Part shown: positions 9,525 to 17,289 of the stretch, in pieces
Layout: every line of letters begins with the position of its first letter
Numbering within the stretch: the first letter of the stretch is position 1
Made by a program: the position numbers and the translations under genes
From: Thermoplasmata archaeon
GTDB taxonomy: Archaea > Thermoplasmatota > Thermoplasmata > Lutacidiplasmatales > UBA184
Direction: 5' to 3'
Assembly (NCBI GenBank): GCA_035504395.1
Contig: DATJRX010000050.1
Coordinates: 11,926-75,925 of the forward strand
Length of the DNA: 64,000 bases
The notes under the pieces: model-generated
The model's database searches: none
The model's input: only the letters and a program-made list of their open reading frames with translations
Told to the model about the DNA's origin: nothing

Positions 9525-9814
9525 GTAGGTACGGGGTGCCCGTTGGATCGCCCAGGCCAACCCTTTCCTCGCGTTCGGCTGGATTCCCTAACTTGGGGTC
9601 CGGGGTGGACGGGCGAAAGGACGCTCCATGGGATCCGGATCGGCACCGCTGAACCGACCGGGAGGTCGGTCGGGAGGGGTCGGACGGTCACCCGGTCAAA
9701 ACGAGTCAAATACTCGAGGGGAATGGGACCATCGGCTGAGGGGTTAGCCGCCGCGAGCGACAAAGCTCGCGGAAACTGCAGCGCGCTGCCAATGACCCCT
9801 GGGAGGCAGCGCAG

Positions 9815-10294
9815 GTGCTTGGCTACGTGATTCGCGGAGCGAAAAAGGGCGAAGAGCACGTCGAGTCGAAGTCGATCCCTCCGGATCTGCGTCGGAGCCT
9901 CTCACCGTGGATCGACGTGGACGAGGTCGGAACCGAGGGTTTCTGGCTCTGGCTGCGGGCGGTACTTCCCCTGCTACCGGCGCCGACCGAGGCCCGCGCC
10001 GGCTCGATCGCGCTTCGTCCCGTCCCCCGTCCGGTGCCCGATCGGGAGCTGCATCGCCGTTTCCTTGAGAACGCGCGGGAGCGCGCCCGCCTCGCCGTGA
10101 TCTGCGATCAGTACCTGCGCGACAACCAGCTTCTGGCCCGCCGACTTCGGGCCCTGGAGGGAGCCCTCCGCGCGTTCGAGTCGGCCGGTCACCGGGTCGA
10201 ACTGCCGCGCGACGATGACGCCGCCGGCGCGGCGACGCGCTATCTTCCGGACCGGTCGCGTGCGGGCCGGAGCGCGGGCGACCGAGGGCGGTGA
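9815..10294 (+). CDS. Hypothetical protein with a coiled-coil segment
   Basis: 159-aa ORF with a GTG start. Third positions are strongly G/C in the checked stretch LHRRFLENARERARLAVICDQYLRDNQLLARRLRALEG. The stop overlaps the next GTG (GTGA at 10291-10294). An in-frame GTG at 9917 is an alternative start. Confidence 0.4.
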   Translation: MLGYVIRGAKKGEEHVESKSIPPDLRRSLSPWIDVDEVGTEGFWLWLRAVLPLLPAPTEARAGSIALRPVPRPVPDRELHRRFLENARERARLAVICDQYLRDNQLLARRLRALEGALRAFESAGHRVELPRDDDAAGAATRYLPDRSRAGRSAGDRGR

Positions 10295-10815
10295 CGAGCG
10301 TGGGGACGACTCGGAGTCCCGGACCTGGGCCTAGCCCGGCCGAACCCGGGGTCGCGTTCCGCGGATCGACGGGCGAGGCGCGCGAGAGCCCGCGGTACGA
10401 GATGCGCGACCCGGCACTGCGCGTCCTCGCCGCCGCGGCGGTGGAGGACGATGGCCGAGTTCTCCTGATCCGGGAGGAGGACGAGCCGTTCCGGAAGAGC
10501 TGGGTGGTTCCCCAAGGCGATCCACGCCCGGGGGAGTCGCTCGCCGAGGCGGCCCGACGCGAGGCGCGCGAAGAGGTCGGCTTGGATGTGGAGATCGACT
10601 CTTTGTTGGGGGTCTACGAGGCCTTCTCGCCGACCCCGACCGACGCCCCGCGCCATTGGGTCATCGTGGCGTTCCGCGCCCGGCCGGTGACCGGCTCGGG
10701 GGTCCGGCCGACGCCCGAAGCGATCGACTCGGCCTGGATCCACCCCCGAGCTCCACCCCGCCCCGTTCCGCCGTTCGTTCGGCAGATGCTGCGCGACCTT
10801 GCGGCCCGGAGCTAG
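10291..10815 (+). CDS. NUDIX hydrolase
   Basis: The Nudix box is GDPRPGESLAEAARREAREEVGL. The first 37 aa are low complexity, so the ATG at 10402 (MRDPALRV) may be the true start. Confidence 0.8.
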   Translation: MTSVGTTRSPGPGPSPAEPGVAFRGSTGEARESPRYEMRDPALRVLAAAAVEDDGRVLLIREEDEPFRKSWVVPQGDPRPGESLAEAARREAREEVGLDVEIDSLLGVYEAFSPTPTDAPRHWVIVAFRARPVTGSGVRPTPEAIDSAWIHPRAPPRPVPPFVRQMLRDLAARS

Positions 10816-10843
10816 CGAGGGGGGCCCGGCTCGCCGCAAACGG

Positions 10844-11140
10844 CTAACCGAATCCCGCGATCGCCTTCGCGTCCTTGGGGCCGGGCCGCAGGGGGGGCTT
10901 CCGCAGCTCCTTCGGGCACTCGACCAGCCGCACGAGCGGGGCGGATTGGACGATGTAGGCGGGAAGGCCCGTGTTCGGGTCGTTCCCGGCGCGCAGGATG
11001 TTCATGATCTCGAGGCGGACCTCGATCACCGACCCGTCCTTGAGCTTGAGCCGGACGCGCCCGTCGCCGCCGACCGTCTCGTAGTCGACGATCTCAGCGT
11101 TCGAGAGATCGGGCGGGGGTCCCTGGGGGTTGCCCATCAT
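10844..11140 (-). CDS. Small conserved-looking hypothetical protein, translationally coupled to rpl11
   Basis: Trimmed from the 125-aa track ORF to MMGNPQGPPPDLSNAEIVDYETVGGDGRVRLKLKDGSVIEVRLEIMNILRAGNDP. Its ATG overlaps the rpl11 TGA (ATGATG at 11135-11140). I recognise no family. Confidence 0.5.
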   Translation of the reverse strand: MMGNPQGPPPDLSNAEIVDYETVGGDGRVRLKLKDGSVIEVRLEIMNILRAGNDPNTGLPAYIVQSAPLVRLVECPKELRKPPLRPGPKDAKAIAGFG

Positions 11141-11604
11141 CGGGCGCCCCGCGCCGCGACCCGCGCCTTCAGCACCTGGCGGGGGTCCTCGCCCCCGACC
11201 GTGATGCCGAGCGAGACGCACGTGCCGATCACCTGGTTGATCTTCTCCTCCTTCGAGCGCCCGTGCAGGTCGTCGCCCTTGGCGTCGGCGATGCGGCCGA
11301 CCGCCTCGAGGCTCACGTCGCCGATCGTCTCGGTCTTCGGCTTGCCGGACCCCTTCTCCTTCTTCGCTTCCTTGAGGAGCAGGGCGGCGACCGGCGGACG
11401 ACCGACCACGAGGGTGAACGCGCGGGTCGCCGGGTCGACCCGGATGATGACCGGGACGCGCATCCCCGCGAACTGCTTCGTCTCCTCGTTGATCTTCGTG
11501 ACGACCTGACCGACGTTCACGCCCAGGGGCCCGAGCGCGCTCCCGAGCGTCGCCCCGGCCGCGGCCTTCCCGCCCTCGACGAGGACGCTGACCTCAACTG
11601 CCAC
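11137..11604 (-). CDS. rpl11: 50S ribosomal protein uL11
   Basis: MAVEVSVLVEGGKAAAGATLGSALGPLGVNVGQVVTKINEETKQFAGMRVPVII is the typical archaeal L11 N-terminal domain. The gene sits downstream of spt5 as in other archaea. Confidence 0.95.
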   Translation of the reverse strand: MAVEVSVLVEGGKAAAGATLGSALGPLGVNVGQVVTKINEETKQFAGMRVPVIIRVDPATRAFTLVVGRPPVAALLLKEAKKEKGSGKPKTETIGDVSLEAVGRIADAKGDDLHGRSKEEKINQVIGTCVSLGITVGGEDPRQVLKARVAARGAR

Positions 11605-12595
11605 TCTTCCCGCCTCCGCGTTCCAGCATGCGCACGTGATCGCCCCGGACCGTGACCGGGATCGGGACGACCGCCTCGATGAGCTCCACCGTGATCTCCT
11701 CCTTCGTCTGGTCGATCTTCTTCACGCGGGCCTTCTCGCCCTTGAACGGCCCCGAGATCAGCTCGACGATCGCGCCCTCGACGAAGCCCTCGACCGTGAT
11801 CTTCGGGACGAGCAGGGGCTCGACCTCCTTGAGGGTCGTCTCCCCGTCGACGAGCCCGCGCGCCTTGCGGATCCCCTTGAGCATCTCGCGGACGCCCTCG
11901 AAGCTCATCCCCTCGGCGAAGACGTAGCCCCGGAGCGACGACGGGACGAGCATGGCGAACACGACGTCCGGCTTCTCGTCGGTCCGCGCGAGCAGCGTGT
12001 CGGCGACCTCGCGCTCGTAGCCGCGGCTGGTCTTGATTGCGAGGACCGCTTGGCGGGCGACCGACGCGAGCGTGAGCTTGAGCGGGGTGCCGCCGTCCCC
12101 GTCGGCGACGCTGAGCCGGATCTCGACCCGATCCCCGTACCGGACCCCGACCGGCGCCGTGATCTCGAACGAGAGCGGCACGCCCGCGCCGGGCGCGATC
12201 GCGACCGGCACGGAGATCTTCCGGGCGAACAGATCGGTCGCGGTCCTCTTCCCGGGAGGCACCCAGCGCACTGGCCACTCGGCGCCCTCGCCGGGGTAGG
12301 TGGACGTGTAGGCGACCTCGATCGAGACCGGGACCGTGAGCGGCTCGGCGGCGCGGCTCGTCAGCACGGCGCTGAGCGTCGTGACCGTGCCGGCCGTGAC
12401 CTCGCGGGCCGTGTCGTCGGCGGCCTTCAGCGTGAGCAGGGCGGAGACCTGGGGCTTGGGGGGCGTCGGGGCGACCGCGGCGGCCGGGACCGGGACCGCG
12501 GCGGGAGCGGCCGGCTCGGGCTTGCGCGGGGGAGCCTCCGTCGGTCCTCCGGACAGGAGGCCGATGCCTTCGTCCTCGTCGGGATGCTCTACCAT
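11594..12595 (-). CDS. spt5: Transcription elongation factor Spt5 (NusG) with a ~180-aa N-terminal extension
   Basis: The C-terminal ~150 aa form NGN + KOW (AVLAIKTSRGYEREVADTLL ... GAIVELISGPFKGEKARVKKID). The ORF is uninterrupted upstream. I found no in-frame ATG/GTG/TTG just before the NGN domain. Confidence 0.85.
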   Translation of the reverse strand: MVEHPDEDEGIGLLSGGPTEAPPRKPEPAAPAAVPVPAAAVAPTPPKPQVSALLTLKAADDTAREVTAGTVTTLSAVLTSRAAEPLTVPVSIEVAYTSTYPGEGAEWPVRWVPPGKRTATDLFARKISVPVAIAPGAGVPLSFEITAPVGVRYGDRVEIRLSVADGDGGTPLKLTLASVARQAVLAIKTSRGYEREVADTLLARTDEKPDVVFAMLVPSSLRGYVFAEGMSFEGVREMLKGIRKARGLVDGETTLKEVEPLLVPKITVEGFVEGAIVELISGPFKGEKARVKKIDQTKEEITVELIEAVVPIPVTVRGDHVRMLERGGGKSGS

Positions 12596-12620
12596 GGGGG
12601 ACCCCTGGGCCGCGCCGAAC

Positions 12621-12866
12621 CTACAGCCCCGACAAGAAGTTTGCCCAGAGCCACGGACCGAACTCGGAGAAGAAGATGTACAGCGCGAAGCCGGTGAGCC
12701 CGATGAGGATGGCCCCGAGCCACGTCACCTCGAGGACCTTGACGTACTCCTCGGAGGTCGGGCGACGCGCCATGCGAAGGATCCGTCCGTACTTGCCGTG
12801 GCCGAGCGTCCGGAGCCGTCCGTCGAACGTCTCCTGGGCGCGTCGCGCGCGATCGAGGAACGCCAT
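12621..12866 (-). CDS. secE: Preprotein translocase subunit SecE (Sec61 gamma)
   Basis: 81 aa with a basic N-terminus and a single C-terminal TM (VTWLGAILIGLTGFALYIFF). It lies at the conserved position upstream of spt5. Confidence 0.85.
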   Translation of the reverse strand: MAFLDRARRAQETFDGRLRTLGHGKYGRILRMARRPTSEEYVKVLEVTWLGAILIGLTGFALYIFFSEFGPWLWANFLSGL

Positions 12867-12887
12867 CTTCGCTTACCGAGAGGGGGT

Positions 12888-12908
12888 CGTCCGGCGGTCC
12901 CGGGAACG
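12888..12908. repeat. 21-nt perfect palindrome between ftsZ and secE
   Basis: TCCCGGGAAC-G-GTTCCCGGGA has 10-nt arms around a single central base. It lies 22 nt upstream of the secE ATG. Confidence 0.4.
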
Positions 12909-13073
12909 GTTCCCGGGAAGGGCCCGACGGGGTCCCCCGACCGTGGCGGGGTATTTGAAGGTCATTACCGGCGCCGCCTCCGTTCCCGACCATGGGCCCG
13001 GAGGTATTGAACCAATGCCCCGAACGGGATGCGGCGCGCGGGACCGGTCCGACCCGGGCGGAGTCCCGGGGTG

Positions 13074-14207
13074 CTAGCGGACCGACTCGATCTCGTCGCG
13101 CGCCGCGCCACCCCGTCCCTTGCCGGACGCAGGCGCCGCGCCCCCGAAGATCTGCGGCGACTTGACGCCCGTGACGACCAGCATCACGCGGATCGTGCTC
13201 TGCATGGTCGGGTCGACCGCGGCCCCCCAGATGATCCGAGCGGTCGGGCTGATCGTCTTCTGCACGACCTCGGCCGCCTTCTGGGCCTCGCTGACCGTCA
13301 TGTCGGGGCCGCCGGTGACGTTGATGAGCGCCCCGGTCGCTCCCGCGATGTCGACGTGGAGCAGCGGCGAGTTGATCGCCTCGAGCACCGCGTCCTCCGC
13401 GCGGTTGTCGCTCTCCGACTCCCCGATCCCGATGAGGGCGACCCCGCCGCCCTTCATGATCGTGCGAAGGTCGTTGAAGTCGAGGTTGACGAGGCCCGGC
13501 CGCGTGATGATCTCGGTGATCCCGCGGATCGCCCGGGCCAGGACCGAGTCGGCCACCTTGAAGGCGGTCTGGATCGGAAGCCGGGGCACGAGCTCCAGGA
13601 GCCGGTCGTTCGGGATCGTGATCACCGTGTCGATCGTCGAGCGGAGGCGCTCGAGGCCCCACATCGCGTTCTCCGCGCGCACGAGGCCCTCGGAGGCGAA
13701 CGGGAGCGTGCAGACCGCGATCGTCAGCGGGTTGCCGCCGTTCGCGTCCTTGGCGCACTGGGCGACCACGGGGGCCGACCCGGTCCCGGTGCCCCCGCCG
13801 AGCCCGAGGGTGATGAACACCATGTCGGAGCTCTGGAGCGCCTTCTTGATCTCGTCCTCCGCCTCGCGGGCCGCCTGCTCCCCGACCTGGGGGAGCGCGC
13901 CCGCCCCGAGGCCGCGGGTCAGCCGGCGGCCGAGAAGGATCTTCTTCGGGGCGTGGATCGTGAGCAGGTGCTGCGCGTCGGTGTTGCATGCGATCATGTC
14001 CGCACCCGCGAGCCCCTCCTCCGCGAGCCGATTGATCGTGTTGCAGCCGCCGCCGCCGCAGCCAACGACCTTGATGTTGGTCTTGAGTGACGCGAGGACC
14101 GCCTCGAGCTCGGCGTCGTCGTTCGATGGGGGCGGCGGGACCTCCGGTGCGCGCTTCGAATCGGTGGGAAGGTGGGACAGAATCTCCTGAGCCAGCGGTC
14201 GCATCAC
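13074..14207 (-). CDS. ftsZ: Cell division protein FtsZ
   Basis: IKVVGCGGGGCNTINRL, NTDAQHL, and the tubulin signature GLGGGTGTGSAPVVAQ. Confidence 0.95.
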   Translation of the reverse strand: MMRPLAQEILSHLPTDSKRAPEVPPPPSNDDAELEAVLASLKTNIKVVGCGGGGCNTINRLAEEGLAGADMIACNTDAQHLLTIHAPKKILLGRRLTRGLGAGALPQVGEQAAREAEDEIKKALQSSDMVFITLGLGGGTGTGSAPVVAQCAKDANGGNPLTIAVCTLPFASEGLVRAENAMWGLERLRSTIDTVITIPNDRLLELVPRLPIQTAFKVADSVLARAIRGITEIITRPGLVNLDFNDLRTIMKGGGVALIGIGESESDNRAEDAVLEAINSPLLHVDIAGATGALINVTGGPDMTVSEAQKAAEVVQKTISPTARIIWGAAVDPTMQSTIRVMLVVTGVKSPQIFGGAAPASGKGRGGAARDEIESVR

Positions 14208-14242
14208 GGCGGTAACCCTATCGGCCGATGAGCCGGGGCCGG

Positions 14243-14250
14243 ATTATAAA
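14243..14250. promoter_or_regulatory. TATA-box-like element shared by divergent ftsZ and mptE
   Basis: ATTATAAA is the only AT-rich island in the 55-nt divergent intergenic region. It lies ~36 nt from the ftsZ ATG and ~25 nt from the in-frame mptE ATG at 14275. Confidence 0.35.
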
Positions 14251-14262
14251 GCGTGGCTCGGA

Positions 14263-15018
14263 GTGCGCCGGCGAATGGAGTACCCGGAGTGGGCCCCGCG
14301 CTACGAGCGGATCCGGTCCGAGTTCGGCTTCCCGATGGCGGCCGAGGAACGGTCGGCCGCTCGGCTGGTCGAACTGTTGCCCGAGCCGGCGCGCGCGTCC
14401 GGCATCGCGCGGGCCGTGGCCCGCCTCCGGGACCGGGAGGTCGTCGTCGTCGGGCTCGCGCCCCGCGCCGGTCCGCCGCCGATCTGGCGCCTCTCGTCCC
14501 CGGCGGCGGCGAGCGCGGTCGTGGCGGCGGACGGGGCCACCGGAGTATGCCTCGACGCGGGGATCGTGCCGGCGGTGATCGTGACCGACCTCGATGGACC
14601 GGTCGCGGCGGAGGTCGCGGCCAACCGTCGGGGCGCTCTGGCGGTGATCCACGCCCACGGGGACAACGGGCCCGCCCTCGAGGAGTGGGTCCCGCAGTTC
14701 CCGGGCGAGCTCGCAGGCTCGTGGGCCGGGCCCCCGACCCCCGAGCTCCTCGACGTCGGAGGCTTCACCGACGGGGATCGCGCGGTCTGCCTCGCCGAGC
14801 ACGCCCGCGCGCGCCGAATCCTCCTCTGGGGCTTCGCGTTCGACCGGGTCGAGGAACCCGATCCCGTGGCGTTGGCCCGGAAGCGGGCGAAGCTCGCCTG
14901 GGCGCGGAGGATCGTGTCCGACCTCGCGCGCATGACCCCCGTACCGATCCTGGACTGGCGTCCGGACGGCTCGCTCGCCGCTTACGGGGGCGGCAGCTCC
15001 GACACATCGACCAAGTAG
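14263..15018 (+). CDS. mptE: 6-hydroxymethyl-7,8-dihydropterin pyrophosphokinase, archaeal MptE (DUF115) type
   Basis: N-terminus EYPEWAPRYERIRSEFGFPMAAEERSAARLVELLP, plus VTDLDG and IHAHGDN motifs typical of MptE-like proteins. The ATG at 14275 may be the real start given the TATA box at 14243-14250. Confidence 0.7.
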   Translation: MRRRMEYPEWAPRYERIRSEFGFPMAAEERSAARLVELLPEPARASGIARAVARLRDREVVVVGLAPRAGPPPIWRLSSPAAASAVVAADGATGVCLDAGIVPAVIVTDLDGPVAAEVAANRRGALAVIHAHGDNGPALEEWVPQFPGELAGSWAGPPTPELLDVGGFTDGDRAVCLAEHARARRILLWGFAFDRVEEPDPVALARKRAKLAWARRIVSDLARMTPVPILDWRPDGSLAAYGGGSSDTSTK

Positions 15019-16811
15019 ACGACGTCGAGCCCGTTCGCGTAGAGCGGCACGAACGGGGCCGACTGGAACCACTGGATCGCCTGCGCCGAGAGCGGCGACG
15101 CCGCGCCCGACGGGTTGAGCGCGACGCCGCCGTACATCACGGAGTCGACCGCGACCAGATCGATCGACCGATTCTCCTCGGGCGCCTGGGAGCTGAGCAG
15201 TTCGGCCCGGGCCTGCGACCAGTTCGCGCCAGTGAACAGGTGGAGCGTCGAGTCCCAGGTCGCGGGATTGCCGTCGAACCCGAAGATCATCGAGCTCAGG
15301 CGGTGGTCGCTCGCGACGACCCAGGTCGGCGGGGCCGCGACGCCGACCCACAGCCACAGGCCGGCGTCCCCGTGCGTCAGGCCCTCCTCGAAGCCCCCGA
15401 AGTCGGCCTGAGGGGGGTAGACGATCGCCGCGTTCGCCCCGAGCAGGACCACGAGGGCGACGCAGCCGGTGACGAAGGCGCGCCGGCCCCAGCGGTCACC
15501 GGCCCGGGCCACGAGCCGTGCGGCGCCGACCGCGAGGACGATGCCGAGCGGGATGAACAGGTACTCCGCGTGGCGGGAGGGCGGGATCGCCGCCGCGAGG
15601 CTCGAGCCCTCCATCCCGAAGAAGATCCCCGAGGCGAGGGTCGCGATCGCGGAGATCCCGATCGCCCCGAGCCAGGTCAGACCGAGCGGACCGAGCCGGG
15701 CGACCCGAAGCGTCCGGCGGGTGCCGCTCGCGAGGATCGCGAGGGCGAGCACGGGAGAGAACCACACGATGGCCGCGACCGTGGTCGTCTGCGAGGTGCC
15801 GGGGATCGGGACCGCGACGAGCAGCGCGGCGCCGGCGAAGACCCCGACGCCGATCAGCGTCGCGTCGCGCACGACGCTGCGATCGCTGGGGAGGCGCACC
15901 CACACGCGGGTCGACGGATGCGCGCGCCGCCACCGGACGATCGCGGCCGCGACGAGCAGCACGCCGAGCGCGGCGCCCTCGAACAGCCCGAACAGCTCCG
16001 AGGTCGGAGGCGGGTGGAGGAATGCGACGTCGATCACCTTCGCAACGAACTCGGTCGTGCCGTAGAACCAGAACAGGAACGTCGCGGTCACGAACCCGCC
16101 CAAGAAGACGAACTCCCGGGTCGGGAACCGGCGGCTCCAGAGTCTGGGTCGCCACAGTTCGAGCAGCAGCAGGCCGCCGAGGGCCCCGAGCACGAAGAAG
16201 TAGGAGGACAGGTGGTGCGTGACGATCAGCGCGCCGCCGGTGAGCGCGAGCGGCGCGTACCACCGCGCGTCCCGACGCCCCTCAACGAACATCCACAGCG
16301 CCGCGACGCCGAGGAAGTCGCCCAGCGCGAGCGGCGCCGGGTGGGCGATCGAGAACAGGCGGGGCATCGCGACCGACGCGATCGCGGCGCCGAGGAGCGC
16401 GACCGAGTCGTTCGGGTAGATCCGGCGGAACAGGAGGAACAGCGGGAACACGGAGAGGACCGAGACGACCGGAATGATCACGGTCAGCGCCGTTAGCGGG
16501 TCGAGACCGAGCGCGCCGGCGCCCGCGCCGGCGAGCAGGAAGATCCCGGGAAAGTCCGGATAGGCGGTGCCCCACCCGCCGTACGCGGCGCCGGTCGGTA
16601 CGTGGCCGGTCTGGACGAGCGACGCGGTGAGCCGGAAGTACTCGCCCGAGTCCGACCCAAAGACCGCGTACGACAGATAGGGTTCGAGGGCGAGGAAGAC
16701 GAGGAAGCACGCGAGCCCGAACAGGAACAGCAGCGTCTCCGGGCGCAGCGGCGGGGATCCGTCCCGCGCGGGAGGTCGCGTCCCCTCCGGGGCCGACGGG
16801 TCGGGGGTCAT
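14982..16811 (-). CDS. GT-C fold membrane glycosyltransferase (ArnT/PMT-like), with C-terminal extracytoplasmic domain
   Basis: It has more than 10 TM segments after MTPDPSAPEG...LLFLFGLACFLVFLALEPY, then a soluble C-terminal domain. There is no WWDYG motif, so I do not call it AglB. It is trimmed from the 742-aa track ORF because the upstream part is antisense to a better ORF. The ATG at 16847 is an alternative start. Confidence 0.7.
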   Translation of the reverse strand: MTPDPSAPEGTRPPARDGSPPLRPETLLFLFGLACFLVFLALEPYLSYAVFGSDSGEYFRLTASLVQTGHVPTGAAYGGWGTAYPDFPGIFLLAGAGAGALGLDPLTALTVIIPVVSVLSVFPLFLLFRRIYPNDSVALLGAAIASVAMPRLFSIAHPAPLALGDFLGVAALWMFVEGRRDARWYAPLALTGGALIVTHHLSSYFFVLGALGGLLLLELWRPRLWSRRFPTREFVFLGGFVTATFLFWFYGTTEFVAKVIDVAFLHPPPTSELFGLFEGAALGVLLVAAAIVRWRRAHPSTRVWVRLPSDRSVVRDATLIGVGVFAGAALLVAVPIPGTSQTTTVAAIVWFSPVLALAILASGTRRTLRVARLGPLGLTWLGAIGISAIATLASGIFFGMEGSSLAAAIPPSRHAEYLFIPLGIVLAVGAARLVARAGDRWGRRAFVTGCVALVVLLGANAAIVYPPQADFGGFEEGLTHGDAGLWLWVGVAAPPTWVVASDHRLSSMIFGFDGNPATWDSTLHLFTGANWSQARAELLSSQAPEENRSIDLVAVDSVMYGGVALNPSGAASPLSAQAIQWFQSAPFVPLYANGLDVVYLVDVSELPPP

Positions 16812-16888
16812 CGAGCGACCGGCAGCCGCGGGCGACCCTATAGGCATGGGGCTCGACGCGACGCCGGCCGCCGAGGGCACCCTCGCGC

Positions 16889-16896
16889 GGCCATAC
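16889..16896. promoter_or_regulatory. TATA-like element between divergent GT-C gene and the K/P-rich small gene
   Basis: ATAAATAG lies 46 nt upstream of the ATG at 16942. The reverse complement CTATTTAT faces the GT-C gene. Confidence 0.3.
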
Positions 16897-16941
16897 CCAT
16901 AAATAGGGGGGCTTGGTGCGGCCGAATCGAGGCCCTCTGGG

Positions 16942-17283
16942 ATGCCTTCGTCCCGCCGAGCGCGACCGAAGCCGAAGCCGGCGAGCCGACCCGCCAAGTC
17001 CGCCCCGAAGTCCTCCCCGGCGAAGCGGCCCGCCGCCCGGCCCCCGCCGGCGAAGGCGAAGCCGAAGTCGTCCCCCGCCAAGCCGAAGCCCGAGCCGGAG
17101 GTCCTCCCACCGCCCCGTCCGTCCGGTCGGATCCACGTGCTGTCGTTGTCGTTCGTCCGGGACGGGGACGAGTTCCTCGCCCGGATGGAGACCGACTCGG
17201 GCCAGATCACCGAGCTGAAGAACCGCTCGCTCGACCAGCTCCTAACGTTGGTCGCGAGCGAGCTCGAAGACCTGCTCGAGTGA
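16942..17283 (+). CDS. Small basic protein with Lys/Pro/Ala-rich N-terminal tail and acidic helical C-terminal domain
   Basis: 113 aa: MPSSRRARPKPKPASRPAKSAPKSSPAKRPAARPPPAKAKPKSSPAKPKPEPE then IHVLSLSFVRDGDEFLARMETDSGQITELKNRSLDQLLTLVASELEDLLE. By my hand count, third positions are nearly all G/C. A TATA-like ATAAATAG lies about 46 nt upstream. Confidence 0.6.
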   Translation: MPSSRRARPKPKPASRPAKSAPKSSPAKRPAARPPPAKAKPKSSPAKPKPEPEVLPPPRPSGRIHVLSLSFVRDGDEFLARMETDSGQITELKNRSLDQLLTLVASELEDLLE

Positions 17284-17289
17284 GCCGCC

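Noticed and set aside
9525-9814. SRP RNA, RNase P RNA or TPP riboswitch in the structured spacer
   Set aside because: For SRP, I found GGUCAAAAC and a GNRA hairpin but no GGAA-tetraloop plus AGCA helix-8 core. For RNase P, the minus strand has GAGGAAAGGGU rather than GAGGAAAGUCC, and in the wrong position. For TPP, GGGGUGCCC and ACCCUUU are present but the essential CUGAGA is absent. I kept it only as an unclassified structured region.
16812-17210. N-terminal 133 aa of the 742-aa GT-C ORF
   Set aside because: This stretch is G/R/F/A-rich low complexity. It is antisense to the better-supported K/P-rich ORF (16942-17283) and lies upstream of a TATA-like element. The membrane protein begins plausibly at the ATG at 16811 or 16847.
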